A stretch of 64,000 bases of DNA. Origin: an uncultured Chloroflexia bacterium. GTDB lineage: Bacteria > Chloroflexota > Limnocylindria > Limnocylindrales > CSP1-4. The stretch is taken from NCBI GenBank assembly GCA_963763775.1, contig CAVXPZ010000003.1, positions 288,001-352,000 on the forward strand. The letters run 5' to 3'. The notes under the pieces were generated by a model. It did no database searches. It had not been told where the DNA came from and worked only from the letters and a program-made list of their open reading frames with translations. Positions 53,696-64,000 of the stretch are shown here, piece after piece (the first letter of the stretch is position 1; every line of letters starts with the position of its first letter). A program made the position numbers and the translations under genes.

Positions 53696-54367
53696 GTGCT
53701 TGCCGCGAGGCTCGTCACCCGAGCCATGGACCTCGCGTTCCCGGCAATGTGCGTCGGGTGCGGCAGCGAAGGTGCCGCGATCTGCGCCGCATGCATGCCG
53801 GCGCTCGACGCTCGACTCGATCTCCCGGCCGGCGTCGCGATCGGGCTGCCAGCGGAGTTGCCGCCGATGCTCCTCCAGGTCGAGTGGTGCGCCCCGTTCG
53901 AAGGGCTGATCCGTCACGCACTGCACGGACTCAAGTACTCGGGCGAGCGGCGACTTGCTGAACCGCTCGGGGCCGCGATCGCGCGACGATGGGCCCGTGC
54001 CGGTGCCGGCGGGGAGGTGCTGGTCCCCGTCCCGGTGCACCGGGACCGAGCCGCGCGCCGCGGGTATGACCAGGCGGTGCTGCTGGCAGAGGTCGCCGCG
54101 CGGCACCTCCGACTGCCGATGCGCCCGGCCATCGAGCGATGGCAGGCGACGACGGCCCAATTCGAGCTCGATCGCCGCGCCCGGGCCACCAACGTGCGCG
54201 ACGCGTTCCGCTTGTGCGCCGGCGAGGGCGCCGCCATCCGAGGAACGTGGGCGATCCTCATCGATGACGTCATGACGACCGGCGCGACCCTCTCGGCGTG
54301 TGCGTCAGTCCTGCTGGAGAACGGCGCGGTCGGGGTGTCCGCGGTGACCGTGGCGCGCGAGCGGTGA
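53696..54367 (+). CDS. comF: ComF family phosphoribosyltransferase
   Basis: CVGC..CAAC zinc ribbon, RGYDQA, IDDVMTTGATL. Confidence 0.9.
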   Translation: MLAARLVTRAMDLAFPAMCVGCGSEGAAICAACMPALDARLDLPAGVAIGLPAELPPMLLQVEWCAPFEGLIRHALHGLKYSGERRLAEPLGAAIARRWARAGAGGEVLVPVPVHRDRAARRGYDQAVLLAEVAARHLRLPMRPAIERWQATTAQFELDRRARATNVRDAFRLCAGEGAAIRGTWAILIDDVMTTGATLSACASVLLENGAVGVSAVTVARER

Positions 54368-54482
54368 GCGGCACGAGGGCACCGCCGACTCGCTGCCGCG
54401 CCGCTCGCGGGGCGCCCGGGAGGTCCACCAGCCGGGCGGGTCTATACTCGAAGCCGGAGACTCGACCCCGGGGAGGTGGCTC

Positions 54483-55088
54483 GTGCGAACGATCGTCAAG
54501 GGCAAGAACGTCGAAGTCCCGGACCGAGTTCGCCAGTACGCGGAGCGCAAGCTCGCCCACATCGCGAGGGTGGTCGACGACCGGACGGACGCGACCGTGG
54601 AGTTCTCCAACGAGCACCACCGAAGCGCCGACGACGCGCACATCGCCGAGGTCACCCTGGTCATCAATGGCCGGACGTTGCACAGCCATGCCGAGGGCCC
54701 GACGTACCAGGCGGCGCTCGATACGGTCATCGACAAGGTCGAGCGACAGGCGGTCGACCACAAGGAGCGTCCGCGCGTCCGCGCGCGACCACCCGAAGAA
54801 AAGGACCTCCTCCGGAAGATCGCCGACGGCACCGCCGACACGGTCCACGAGCCTCGGATCGTCAAGACGAAGCGGTTCGCGATCGAGCCGATGTTCGAAG
54901 AGGATGCCATCGCGGCGATGGAGGACCTCGGCCACCGGTTCTACGTGTTCGTCAACGCCGAGAACGAGCGGGTCGCGGTCCTCTACACCCGTGACGACGG
55001 CCATTACGGGTTGATCGAGCCGATCGTCGGTGGAGCCTACGGCTCGGGGTACGGTTCCGCCAACGGCAGCTCGGGCGGTCGCCGCTAG
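54483..55088 (+). CDS. hpf: Long-form ribosome hibernation factor HPF/RaiA
   Basis: IVKGKNVEV..YAERKL; IVKTKRF..M.EEDAI..M..LGH.F..YGLIEP. Confidence 0.93.
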   Translation: MRTIVKGKNVEVPDRVRQYAERKLAHIARVVDDRTDATVEFSNEHHRSADDAHIAEVTLVINGRTLHSHAEGPTYQAALDTVIDKVERQAVDHKERPRVRARPPEEKDLLRKIADGTADTVHEPRIVKTKRFAIEPMFEEDAIAAMEDLGHRFYVFVNAENERVAVLYTRDDGHYGLIEPIVGGAYGSGYGSANGSSGGRR

Positions 55089-55149
55089 GCGGCACACGAC
55101 GCCCGTGCGACGTGCCGGCCGCGAGGCCGAGCGAGCCCGGCCGGGTCGA

Positions 55150-55759
55150 TCAGGCGAGGCGGCGGTACTCCCCGGCTGACCTGGCCATGAGGCCCTCGTC
55201 GATCATGTAGCGGCGGAGCGCCGCGACGTCGGGGTGGAACAGCGCGAGGCGCTGATTGACCTCCTTCTCGGGATACGGACGGTCCTCCGTGAAGCATCGA
55301 TCTCGCAGGTAACGCAGTACGACGAGACGCTTCGAGCGGGTGGCCGGGATCGTCACCAGCCGGTCCGCCTCGAAGTAGCCGCGCAGGACGCGCGCGTCGT
55401 CCGGCGGCAGGGCCTCGCCGGCAGGCCCGACCCCGATCCCGGGCTCGGCACCGTCCGCACCGGAGGTGCCCGCCGCCATCTCGGCGAGTTCGCGACCGAG
55501 GCGCGCCAGCGTCTCGAGCCGCAGGGCGTAGTGTCGTTCCGCGTCGCGGGCGCCCGTGCCGTCGCGGCCATCGACCGGCCCGATCGACGAGGCCCGCCGA
55601 CACCAGGAGCCCGAGCTGGCGACGGACCACCGACGGCGACAGGTCCAGGGTCTCGGCAAGCGCCGCCGCACTCGCCGGCCCCGCGGCCAACCGCCCGGCG
55701 ATCCGCAGCCGGATCGGCGATGTGAGGGCCTGTAGCGCGGACACGGTGTCGTGGTCCAT
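55150..55759 (-). CDS. ArsR-type HTH + DUF2087 protein (frameshift near 55575)
   Basis: ALTSPIRLRI HTH; YPEKEVNQRL..HPDVAALRRYMID. Confidence 0.8.
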
Positions 55760-55784
55760 GGCGCCGGCATCGTACGATGCCCTC

Positions 55785-56746
55785 GTGCTTCCCGACGGCC
55801 GCCGGCTCGGCCTCCACCTCCCGATGGCGAGCGGCATGGTCAAGGCCGTGGATCGTGCCCGCGACATCGGCGCGAACGCCCTCCAGATCTTCACCGACAA
55901 CCCCACGGCGTGGCAGCGGCGCGCGGAGCCCCCGGCGGAACTCCCCGCCTTCCTGGCGCGAGCCGCCGAGCTCGACATCGCACCGACCGCGATCCACGCC
56001 TCGTATCTCGTGAACCTCGCCGGCGCCGACACCGAGCTGGTCGGCCGCTCGGCGGACCTTCTGCGCAGTGAACTGCGCGTCGCCCCCACCTTCGGCGCAC
56101 GGTTCGTGAACATGCACATCGGATCGCATCGCGACACCTCGGTCATCGAAGGCACGGCCCGACTGGCCGATGAGGTCGCGCGCGTCCTGGCCGATGTCGA
56201 TGACGACGCCGACGCGCCCCAGCTCGTCCTCGAGAACTCGGCCGGCAGCGGCTTCGGGTTCGGGACCGACGTGGCCGAGCTCGCCGCCGTCGCGGAGGCC
56301 ATCGCGGCCCGCGGTGTCGGACCAGCATCGCGTCGGCTTCTGCATCGATACGGCCCACGCCTGGGGCGCCGGCATCGACCTCTCGACCGCGGGCGCCGTC
56401 GACGCGTTCCTCGCGGCCTTCGACACCCGGATCGGGCTCCATCGCCTCGTCATGCTGCATCTCAACGACTCGAAGGTGGAGCTCGGCTCGCGGGTGGACC
56501 GACACGAGCATCTCGGGGCTGGTCGGATCGGCGTGGCCGGCCTGCGTCGGCTCCTGACGCACGCCCGCGCTCGCCCACGTCACGACGTATCTCGAGACGC
56601 CCGGGATGGACGAGGGCTACGACGCCGTCAACATCGCCCGCGCGCACGACATCGCCGCCGGGAGGACCCTGGCCACCCTGCCACCGGAGGCGATGACCGT
56701 CCGCGGCAGCCGAGCCCGGACCGCGCCTGCCGGGGCCGCCACGTGA
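55785..56746 (+). CDS. nfo: Endonuclease IV (frameshifted)
   Basis: QIFTDNP, HASYLVNL, LENSAG, CIDTAH, HLNDSK..DRHEHLG.G.IG, LETP. Confidence 0.9.
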
Positions 56747-58399
56747 CCGTGAAGGCCCGCACCGGGCCAAGCCAGCGGCAGCTCGACCTGGCGGTCCTGC
56801 TCGGGCTCCTGGCCTTCGCCGGCCGTCATGCGGCTCCCGAGCCTCGCGACGCGCGGCACGTGGGACGCCGACCAGGGCCACGACATGCTGGTGCTCCGAG
56901 CGTTCGTCCGCGACGGCGTCGTGCCGCTCCTCGGGCCGCCGACGTCGATCGGCGACTTCCATCACGGCGCCCTCTACTACTACCTGCTCTCGCCGGCAGC
57001 GCTCGTGACCGGCGGCGACTCGCCGCTCGCGGTCACGTTCCTGATCGCCATCGCCGGCGTGGCCGCGGTCGGCGTCACGTGGTGGCTCGCCCGGTCGATC
57101 GCCGGGCCGGTCGCCGGCTTCGTCGCCGGGCTCGCGATGGCCGTCTCGGCGACGGCGATCGACGAGTCGACGTTCATCTGGAACCCGAACCTCATCGCCC
57201 TGTCGAGCTCGATCGCCCTGGCGGGCGCGTGGCGGGCCTGGAGCACGCGACGGGTCCGCTGGTGGCTCCTGGCCGCCGTTGGCACGGCGGTGACGATGCA
57301 GTGCCACGTGCTCGGCGTCACGCTCCTGCCCATCATCGGGGCGCTGCTCATCGCCGACGCCCGTCGGCGGGGGCCGGGAGGCGGACCAGGTCGACGCCAG
57401 GTCCTCCTGACCGGACTCGCGGGGCTCGCGATCATCGCCCTGACCTACATCCCGCTCGCCCTCAACGAAGCCTTCCACGACTTCTCCGAGGCGCGCGCGG
57501 CGCTCGACTGGCTCGCAGCCGGCGGCGAGGCATCGAACCTGGCTCTCCCGCTCCGGCTGTTCGTGGTCCTCACGCGCGTCGTCACGTGGCCGGTGACCGG
57601 GCTCATCACCGACGCCCCGCTCGCGTCGCTGCTCGCGCTCACGATCGTCCTCGGGATCGTGGTCTGGCGGTGGCGCAGCCGCGATGACGACGAGCGGGTC
57701 GCGGTCCGCTGGCTCGGGCTCGGGCTGGTCTGGACGGCCGGGTTCCTGACGTTCGCGGCTTCCGGCCTGGCGACGGTGATCCCGGGCCTCCCCAACGATC
57801 ACTACCACGCTTTCGCCGACCCGATGGTCTTCACGCTGGTCGGCATCGGGGCCGCAGCCGCGTGGCATGCCTGGCAGGGCGGCCGCGGCACCGGCGCGCC
57901 GAACGTCGACGGCGCCAGCGTGGCCGGCGATGCCGTGACCGCGCCCCGGGCGATCGCGGTGGTCCCGCTGATCGTCCTGGCGGTCGCGCTCGTCGGGCTG
58001 GTCGCCTGGAACGTGGCGAACCTGCCACCGGCGACCGCCCACGACGGCGGCTTTCCTGCGGCGGATACCGCGTCGCAGCGGATCCAGGCGGCGACGGCGG
58101 ACCGGGCGATCGCCATCCGCTCGCTGCCGGACTTCAAGCCGCCGGACACCTACGTCTACCCGCTCGTCCGCGACGGCGTCCGCATCGTGGACGAGGCCGA
58201 GGCGCAGACGCTGGTGATCGTCTGCGACGACCTGTTCGCGGAGGCCATCGGGGCCGCGTGCGGCGGCCCGGCCGAGGATGCGTCCCTGTCGGCGACGCCG
58301 TTCGTGCCGGCGGGCACGGCCGCGGCGAGCGGCACGGCCCTTCGCACGCGGTTCGAGGCAGCACCCGGCCGCTGGGTCAGCGTGTACGGCCCCGCCTAG
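56743..58399 (+). CDS. ArnT/PMT-like membrane glycosyltransferase (frameshift near 56820)
   Basis: DADQGHD, LLGPPTS, GALYYYL, WNPN; multi-TM. Confidence 0.75.
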
Positions 58400-58437
58400 G
58401 ACGCAGGGCCGCGCGGCGCCGCCGCCTGGAGACGTGC

Positions 58438-58470
58438 GCGAACGCCGGCGCCCCAGACGCCGGCGTTCGC
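58438..58470. terminator. Hairpin between convergent genes
   Basis: GCGAACGCCGGCG-CCCCAGA-CGCCGGCGTTCGC, 13-bp stem. Confidence 0.7.
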
Positions 58471-58523
58471 TGTCCCCGAGGCTCGGACGTGGAGGGCGAT
58501 CCGAGCCGTGCCCTGGAAGAAGC

Positions 58524-59066
58524 TCAGTAGCGGCCGGGCTCCCGGCGCGGATTGTGGGTCGAGACGGGACGGACGGATCCGACCCCCACCCCGACCGGGC
58601 TCGAGCTGCCGTTCATGCCCATCGATCGCGGCGGCGTCGCCGGTCGGCCGAGCTGTCGCTCGCCGGGCCGCTCTGCCGTCGTGGCCGTGGACTCGGCCGG
58701 CTGGAAGGGTCGGCCGTAGCGGCGCATCCGCACGGCGAGGTAGTACTCCATGATCTGGCGGACCTGCGGCTCCGTCAGGAGGTCGTCCGCCCGGAGCGCG
58801 TACTCGACGCGTGCCGTCGGGTTCATCGACCCTGCGGCGACGAGCCCCAGGTACTGCGGCGTATCGGCGTCGTCTCGAAGCTCGCGGAGGCCGCGAGCCA
58901 GCTTGGTCGCGGTCCCGAGCGACGGCATCCGGTCACCCCGGATGAGTCGCGAGATCGTCGAGTGGTCGACGCCTGACTGCTGGGCGAGTTGGCGCTGCGA
59001 CATCTTCTTGGCCTTGAGCTGTGCTCGAAGCCATTCGTTGAACGCTCGGCCGTTTTGAGTGGTCAT
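58524..59066 (-). CDS. XRE-family HTH transcriptional regulator
   Basis: FNEWL..MSQRQLAQQSGVDHSTISRLIRGDRMPSL. Confidence 0.88.
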   Translation of the reverse strand: MTTQNGRAFNEWLRAQLKAKKMSQRQLAQQSGVDHSTISRLIRGDRMPSLGTATKLARGLRELRDDADTPQYLGLVAAGSMNPTARVEYALRADDLLTEPQVRQIMEYYLAVRMRRYGRPFQPAESTATTAERPGERQLGRPATPPRSMGMNGSSSPVGVGVGSVRPVSTHNPRREPGRY

Positions 59067-59340
59067 GTCAGAGAGGGCGCTCCGTCCGGGATCGGCCAAT
59101 GGCACTTGCGGCCGATGCCGCGATGGCCCAACTATCGATTGGCCCGGAGCCTGCCTGTATCACCCGTTGGTACCGTCGCAACGAGCGTCGCGGAGCACGA
59201 TTCCGCGTTCGGTGTGGTGCGGTCGGGCCGGGTCGGGGGCGGCAGTGGCCGGAGCGTCACCCGGTACGAAAGTACTAGGCCTCCAGGAGCACCCGAAACA
59301 CCGGTTCGCGAGCGCGGCGTTGCGACCGCGTTGCGAACGA

Positions 59341-60567
59341 TCAGGCCGTGGGGACGACCGTCGCCGATGTCGCGGGCTGGACGATCCGTCCCTCGCCGCG
59401 AGGCTTCGGCGAGACGATGTAGAGGATCGAGCCGAAGACGATGACGGAGAAGACGCTGATGACGCGGTCGAGGAGGGCGATGGCGGTGGCCTCGGGCAGC
59501 GAGACGCCGTAGACCAGGGTCAGGACGCCGACGATGCCAGCCTCCACGATCCCGAGGCCGGCCGGGCTGAGTGGCACGGCGGTGAGCAGGGAGCCGATCA
59601 GGGCCACGAAGACCGCGCCGGAGATCCCGAGCTCGACGCCCGGGAAGTTCAGCGCCAGGACGACGAAGTAGAGGCGCAGGGCCTCGGTCATCCAGATCGC
59701 CACGCTCAGCCCGCCGAGCATCGGGAGCTGGCGCATCTTGAGGGCCCCGAAGACGCCCTCCTCGAAGCGGTCGTAGAACTCGATGATCCGATGCGGCAGG
59801 AAGGTCAGCGCGGTCAGGATCCGACGGCCGAAGTTGCGCAGGGTGAAGAGGGCGATCACCAGGACCGCCACCACGACCAGCGCGATGCCGAAGATGATCT
59901 GGATGGCCTGCGGCATCCCGCTCCGGAAGCTCCAGTAGCCGGCGGCGATGCCCATGAAGGCGATCGTGACGATGTCGAGGATGCGCTCGATGAAGACCGT
60001 CCCGAACGTCCGGCTGAGGGACGCGTCGCTGTTGATGCGCAGGAGATAGGCGCGGTACAGGTCGCCCAGCTTGGCCGGCACGATGCAGTTCACGAGCCAG
60101 GACAGGTAGATGATCTCAGTGGAGTCCTTGACCCCGATCCGGAAGCCCGTGCCGCGGAGCAGCAGCTCCCAGCGATAGCCGCGCAGCGGGAAGCCGGCAT
60201 AGAACACGAGGAAGGCGACCAGGACGAGCGCGAAGTTCGCGCCGCCGATGAGCGACGGGACCTTCGAGAGCGTCTGGAAGTTGAGGCCGACGAAGACCCC
60301 GATGATCGCGAGCGGGACCAGGATCGAGACGATCGTCTTGGTCTGGCGGAGTCGCTGGCTCAGCGACACCCGCTCGGCGGCATCGTCGAGCGCGGGCTCG
60401 TCGACCGACCCGACCGGGTCGGCGGACGTCGAGGGCGACGCCGGGTCGTTCGCGGGGCGCGGGTAGCTCGGGTTCAGGCCCGGACTGATCTCCATCGCCC
60501 CAGACCCTACCGGCTCGTCGCTCCCGGGCGACACCGGCCGATGGTCCTGCCCGTCGTCGCCGTTCAT
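59341..60567 (-). CDS. Lysylphosphatidylglycerol synthase TM / flippase-like (UPF0104) protein (start may be 60495)
   Basis: RGYRW, PAKLGDLYR, ERILD, PAGLGIVE. Confidence 0.88.
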   Translation of the reverse strand: MNGDDGQDHRPVSPGSDEPVGSGAMEISPGLNPSYPRPANDPASPSTSADPVGSVDEPALDDAAERVSLSQRLRQTKTIVSILVPLAIIGVFVGLNFQTLSKVPSLIGGANFALVLVAFLVFYAGFPLRGYRWELLLRGTGFRIGVKDSTEIIYLSWLVNCIVPAKLGDLYRAYLLRINSDASLSRTFGTVFIERILDIVTIAFMGIAAGYWSFRSGMPQAIQIIFGIALVVVAVLVIALFTLRNFGRRILTALTFLPHRIIEFYDRFEEGVFGALKMRQLPMLGGLSVAIWMTEALRLYFVVLALNFPGVELGISGAVFVALIGSLLTAVPLSPAGLGIVEAGIVGVLTLVYGVSLPEATAIALLDRVISVFSVIVFGSILYIVSPKPRGEGRIVQPATSATVVPTA

Positions 60568-61289
60568 CGCGGCGGGTCCTCGGGCGGTGCCGCGTCGGTG
60601 CTTCCGGGCGCGATCCGCCGGTTGCCGCGCAGGCGCTGGATGCCCTTCGCGACCGGCGTCCAGAGGCGGACCACGTACGTCGCGCGACCGGCGACCAGCT
60701 CGGCCGTGGTCAGCGCGTCGAGCAGCCCGGCCGGCGTGGACGGGTCGCCGTCGACGGCCGTATAGGCGACGCCGACCTCCAGCACGGAGTGCGCATCCGA
60801 CACCGCGACGCCCGGCAGGTGGTGTTCGCGCGAGAACTCGACCGCGGTGTCGTTGCCCTTGCCGACGAGGCGGGCGTTGTGCGTCTCGACCCAGTCCACG
60901 ATGCCGGCGAGGGACGCCATCCTGGCGTCCTTGAGCAGCGAGCCGCGCATCCGGTCGAACGGGTGCGGGATCCCGACGAGGCCGCCCTGCTCGCGCGCCG
61001 CGGCGACGGTCTCCGCGGCCGACATCCCGGGTGGGATCGCCCGGTCGAGGAACGCGCAGATGAGGTCGCCCTCGGCGGTCTTGACCTCCTCGCCGATGAT
61101 CACGACGAGCCCGTCGGGGGCGGCGTCTCGCGCGGCGAGCGCGCCATCGATCTTGTCGTGGTCGCTGATGACGATGTGGGTCAGGCCGCGCGCCTGCGCC
61201 GCCTTGACGACATCGACCGGCTTCGCGAGCGAGTCGAACGACGCACTGGTGTGACAGTGCAGGTCGATGAACGCGCGGTTCACGATCAC
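60564..61289 (-). CDS. PHP domain protein
   Basis: IDLHCHT, SDHD, GEEV, PHPF, SDAH. Confidence 0.9.
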   Translation of the reverse strand: MIVNRAFIDLHCHTSASFDSLAKPVDVVKAAQARGLTHIVISDHDKIDGALAARDAAPDGLVVIIGEEVKTAEGDLICAFLDRAIPPGMSAAETVAAAREQGGLVGIPHPFDRMRGSLLKDARMASLAGIVDWVETHNARLVGKGNDTAVEFSREHHLPGVAVSDAHSVLEVGVAYTAVDGDPSTPAGLLDALTTAELVAGRATYVVRLWTPVAKGIQRLRGNRRIAPGSTDAAPPEDPPR

Positions 61290-61306
61290 CGGACCATCCC
61301 CGGTCG

Positions 61307-62305
61307 TCAGATCTGCTGGACCAGGGACTTCTTGAAGAAGTCGAAATGCTCGAGTGCGAGGCCGGTCCCGAGCGCCACGCAGTTGAGCGGATTCTCGGCG
61401 ACGTGGCACGGGACCCCGGTCACCTGGGTCAGGAGTCGGTCGATGTTGCGCAGGAGCGCGCCGCCGCCGGACATCACCATGCCCTTGTCGATGATGTCGC
61501 TCGAGAGCTCCGGCGGCGTCTGCTCGAGCACGCTGCGGACCGCGGCGACCAGCTGCTGGAGCGGGGCCTCGATCGCCTCCATCGCCTCGGACGAGGTGAT
61601 CGGGATCGTCCGCGGGAGCCCGGCGATGAGGTCGCGGCCGCGGACCTCCATCGTCATCTCGCGCTCGAGCGGCAGGGCCGTGCCGATCTGGATCTTGACC
61701 TCCTCGGCCGTCCGCTCGCCGATCATCAGGTTGTACTTCTTGCGGACATACGTGGCGATCGCGTCGTCGAAGCGGTTGCCGCCGACGCGCAGGCTGTGCG
61801 ACACGACGATGCCGCCGAGCGCGATGACGGCGATCTCGCTGGTGCCACCGCCGATGTCGATGATCATGTTCCCCGACGGCCCGCTGATCGGGACGTTCGC
61901 GCCGATGGCTGCGGCGAGGGGCTCCTCGATGAGGTACGCCTCCTTGGCACCGGCCTTGAGGGCCGCGTCGCGGACCGCGCGCTTCTCGACGCTGGTCACG
62001 CCCGCGGGCACGCTGATCATCACCTCCGGGCGGTTGAACCCGATCCGGCCCTTCGTCGCCTTGGCGATGAAGAAGCGGAGCATCGCCTCGGTGATGACGT
62101 AGTCGGCGATGACGCCGTCCTTCATCGGGCGGATGGCCTGGATGTTCCCGGGGGTGCGTCCGATCATCTCGCGGGCCTCTTCGCCGACGGCCACGATGCG
62201 GTTGTCGTCCGAGACGGCGACCACGCTGGGCTCGGTGATGACGATGCCCTTGCCCTTCACGTAGACAAGGACGTTCGCCGTCCCGAGGTCGATGCCGATC
62301 TTCAT
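61307..62305 (-). CDS. mreB: Rod shape-determining protein MreB/Mbl
   Basis: [31 protein letters not shown]. Confidence 0.96.
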   Translation of the reverse strand: MKIGIDLGTANVLVYVKGKGIVITEPSVVAVSDDNRIVAVGEEAREMIGRTPGNIQAIRPMKDGVIADYVITEAMLRFFIAKATKGRIGFNRPEVMISVPAGVTSVEKRAVRDAALKAGAKEAYLIEEPLAAAIGANVPISGPSGNMIIDIGGGTSEIAVIALGGIVVSHSLRVGGNRFDDAIATYVRKKYNLMIGERTAEEVKIQIGTALPLEREMTMEVRGRDLIAGLPRTIPITSSEAMEAIEAPLQQLVAAVRSVLEQTPPELSSDIIDKGMVMSGGGALLRNIDRLLTQVTGVPCHVAENPLNCVALGTGLALEHFDFFKKSLVQQI

Positions 62306-62314
62306 GCGCTGTCG

Positions 62315-63646
62315 CTATGTCCCTTCCGCGAGGCGTTCGATCTTGGCTCCCAGTTCCAGGAACTTGCCCTCGATGTTCTCATAGCCCCGGTGAACGTGGT
62401 GTGCACCGTGGATGGTGGAGGTCCCCTCGGCGGCCAGCGCCGCAAGGATGAGTGACGCCCCGGCGCGCAGGTCCCCGATCTCGACCTCGGCGCCGTGCAG
62501 GGCGGCGCGGCCCTGGATGGTCGCGTGCTGCGGGTCGACCTGGGTGGCCTGGACGCCCATCTTGCGCGCCTCGGTGAGCCACTCGAGGCGGTCCTCGAAG
62601 ATCGCCTCGTGGACGCTCGACGTGCCCTGCGCCTGCGTCAGCAGGACACAGGTGGGCGGCTGGAGGTCGGTGGCAAGGCCGGGATACGGTCCGGTCTCGA
62701 TGTCGCTGGCCCGATATCCGCCGGCGCCGAGCGCGGTGCCGTCGACCTCGATGGTGTCGCGGCCGCACGAGACCGCCACACCGACCCGGCCGACGGTCTC
62801 AAGGAACGCCCCGAGGTGGTCGCAGGGCGCTCCCTCGAGCGTGATCCGGCCCCCGGTGATCGCCGCCGCGACGACGAACGTGCCCGCCTCGATGCGGTCG
62901 GGGACCACGCGGTGGTTCGCGCCGCGCAGGCGCTTGCGCCCTTCGACCTCGATGGTGTCCGGCGCGGTCCGCTCGACCGACGCGCCCATCTGCTGGAGGA
63001 ACGCGATGAGGTCGTCGACCTCCGGCTCCTGCGCCGCCGGGCGGATGACGGTGTGCCCGTCCGCGAGCGTCGCGGCGAGCATCGCGTTCTCCGTGCCCAT
63101 CACGGACACGAACGGGAACGTGACCTCGGCGCCGCGCAGCCGCCCTGGCGAGGTCGCGAAGTAGTAGCCGTTGCGGTAGTCGATCTGGGCGCCGAGGGCC
63201 TGCATCGCGTCGACGTGCAGGTTCACCGGCCGCCGCCCGATGCGGTCGCCGCCCGGGTTGCTCATGATCACTCGGCCGAAGCGGGCCAGGAGCGGCCCGA
63301 GCAGGATGAAGCTCGCGCGCATCTTGGCCGCCGCCTCGAGCGGCACGAACAGCCACTCGACGTCGCCCGAGGCGATCTCGTAGACGTTGTCCGACGGGTG
63401 CTCCACGACGACGCCGAGGTCACGCAGCGTGTCGGCCATGACGCGCACGTCCTCGATCTCCGGGACGTTGGTGAATCGGCAGCGCTCGCCGGTGAGGGTC
63501 GCGGCCGCCATGAGCTTCAGGGCGGCGTTCTTCGAGCCGCTGATCGCGACCGAGCCGTGGAGCGGCCGCCCGCCCTCCACGCGGAAGAGCTCTCGAGCGA
63601 CCGGTTCCGGCTTGTACTCCCAGTGGAACGGTCGGGCGTCAGCCAC
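62315..63646 (-). CDS. murA: UDP-GlcNAc 1-carboxyvinyltransferase
   Basis: SGSKNAAL, MRAS, PGGDRIGRRP, PDRIEAGT, DLRAGA, RGYE. Confidence 0.96.
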   Translation of the reverse strand: MADARPFHWEYKPEPVARELFRVEGGRPLHGSVAISGSKNAALKLMAAATLTGERCRFTNVPEIEDVRVMADTLRDLGVVVEHPSDNVYEIASGDVEWLFVPLEAAAKMRASFILLGPLLARFGRVIMSNPGGDRIGRRPVNLHVDAMQALGAQIDYRNGYYFATSPGRLRGAEVTFPFVSVMGTENAMLAATLADGHTVIRPAAQEPEVDDLIAFLQQMGASVERTAPDTIEVEGRKRLRGANHRVVPDRIEAGTFVVAAAITGGRITLEGAPCDHLGAFLETVGRVGVAVSCGRDTIEVDGTALGAGGYRASDIETGPYPGLATDLQPPTCVLLTQAQGTSSVHEAIFEDRLEWLTEARKMGVQATQVDPQHATIQGRAALHGAEVEIGDLRAGASLILAALAAEGTSTIHGAHHVHRGYENIEGKFLELGAKIERLAEGT

Positions 63647-63654
63647 GGTCGGGC

Positions 63655-64000
63655 CTATCCGCGGTGACGCGGACCCTCGCGGTAGCGGCGCTCGGCGACG
63701 CGGATCCGGAGGAGGGCCTGCTGGAGCGAAGCGCGGGCGGCCGACAGGTCCGCCCCTTCGTGGTAGCCGCTCTCGAGCGCCTGCTCCGCCTCGCGTCGGG
63801 CCTCCTGGGCCTTCTCGAGGTCGATCTCGCTCGCCATGTCGGCGGTCTCCGCCATCACGACGACCTTGTCGGGGCGGACCTGGAGGAAGCCGCCGACGAT
63901 CGCGAACGATTCCTCGGTGCCGCCCTTGCGGATGCGCAGCTCGCCGATCCCGAGCGTCGTCACGAGCGGGGCGTGGTGCGGCAGGACGCCGAGCTCACCC
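63655..64000 (-). CDS. atpC: ATP synthase epsilon subunit (5' end outside window)
   Basis: GELGVLPHHAPL, GGFLQV..VVVMAETA..EIDL..A. Confidence 0.93.
   Translation of the reverse strand, partial: GELGVLPHHAPLVTTLGIGELRIRKGGTEESFAIVGGFLQVRPDKVVVMAETADMASEIDLEKAQEARREAEQALESGYHEGADLSAARASLQQALLRIRVAERRYREGPRHRG

Overview
High-GC bacterial chromosome segment. The Gram-positive-type LexA box, secretin-less Tad locus and gene content suggest a monoderm, probably Chloroflexota (inference). It has housekeeping genes at both ends (rplI, lexA, dnaB; comF, hpf, nfo, mreB, murA, atpC), a ~27 kb cluster of membrane (GT-C) and soluble glycosyltransferases, a DegS/DegU-like two-component locus with a second degenerate kinase, four Flp pilins and a cpaB-cpaE-tadA-tadB-tadC operon. 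Many genes carry single-base frameshifts, most likely long-read errors. The standout is at 5.6-12.9 kb: a MalT-like ATPase-TPR-BTAD regulator, two tiny ORFs missed by the ORF track (MTAESIKGWLPESIKGW and MKARIVRVLVALSSVAMIALAGGASLRGF, sharing an S-[IL]-[KR]-G-[WF] motif), a membrane-sensor HD-GYP protein, and a DUF5317 domain with LspA-like motifs apparently fused to an MFS transporter. Both putative sensor regions and both peptides lie in one atypical-composition block flanked by host-like catalytic domains. This looks like an undescribed peptide-pheromone/c-di-GMP signalling system with a swappable specificity cassette. A recurring TAGKAC-N4-GTMCTA-like operator and a YxGPxRR motif on the response regulator may link it to the pilus and glycosylation genes.
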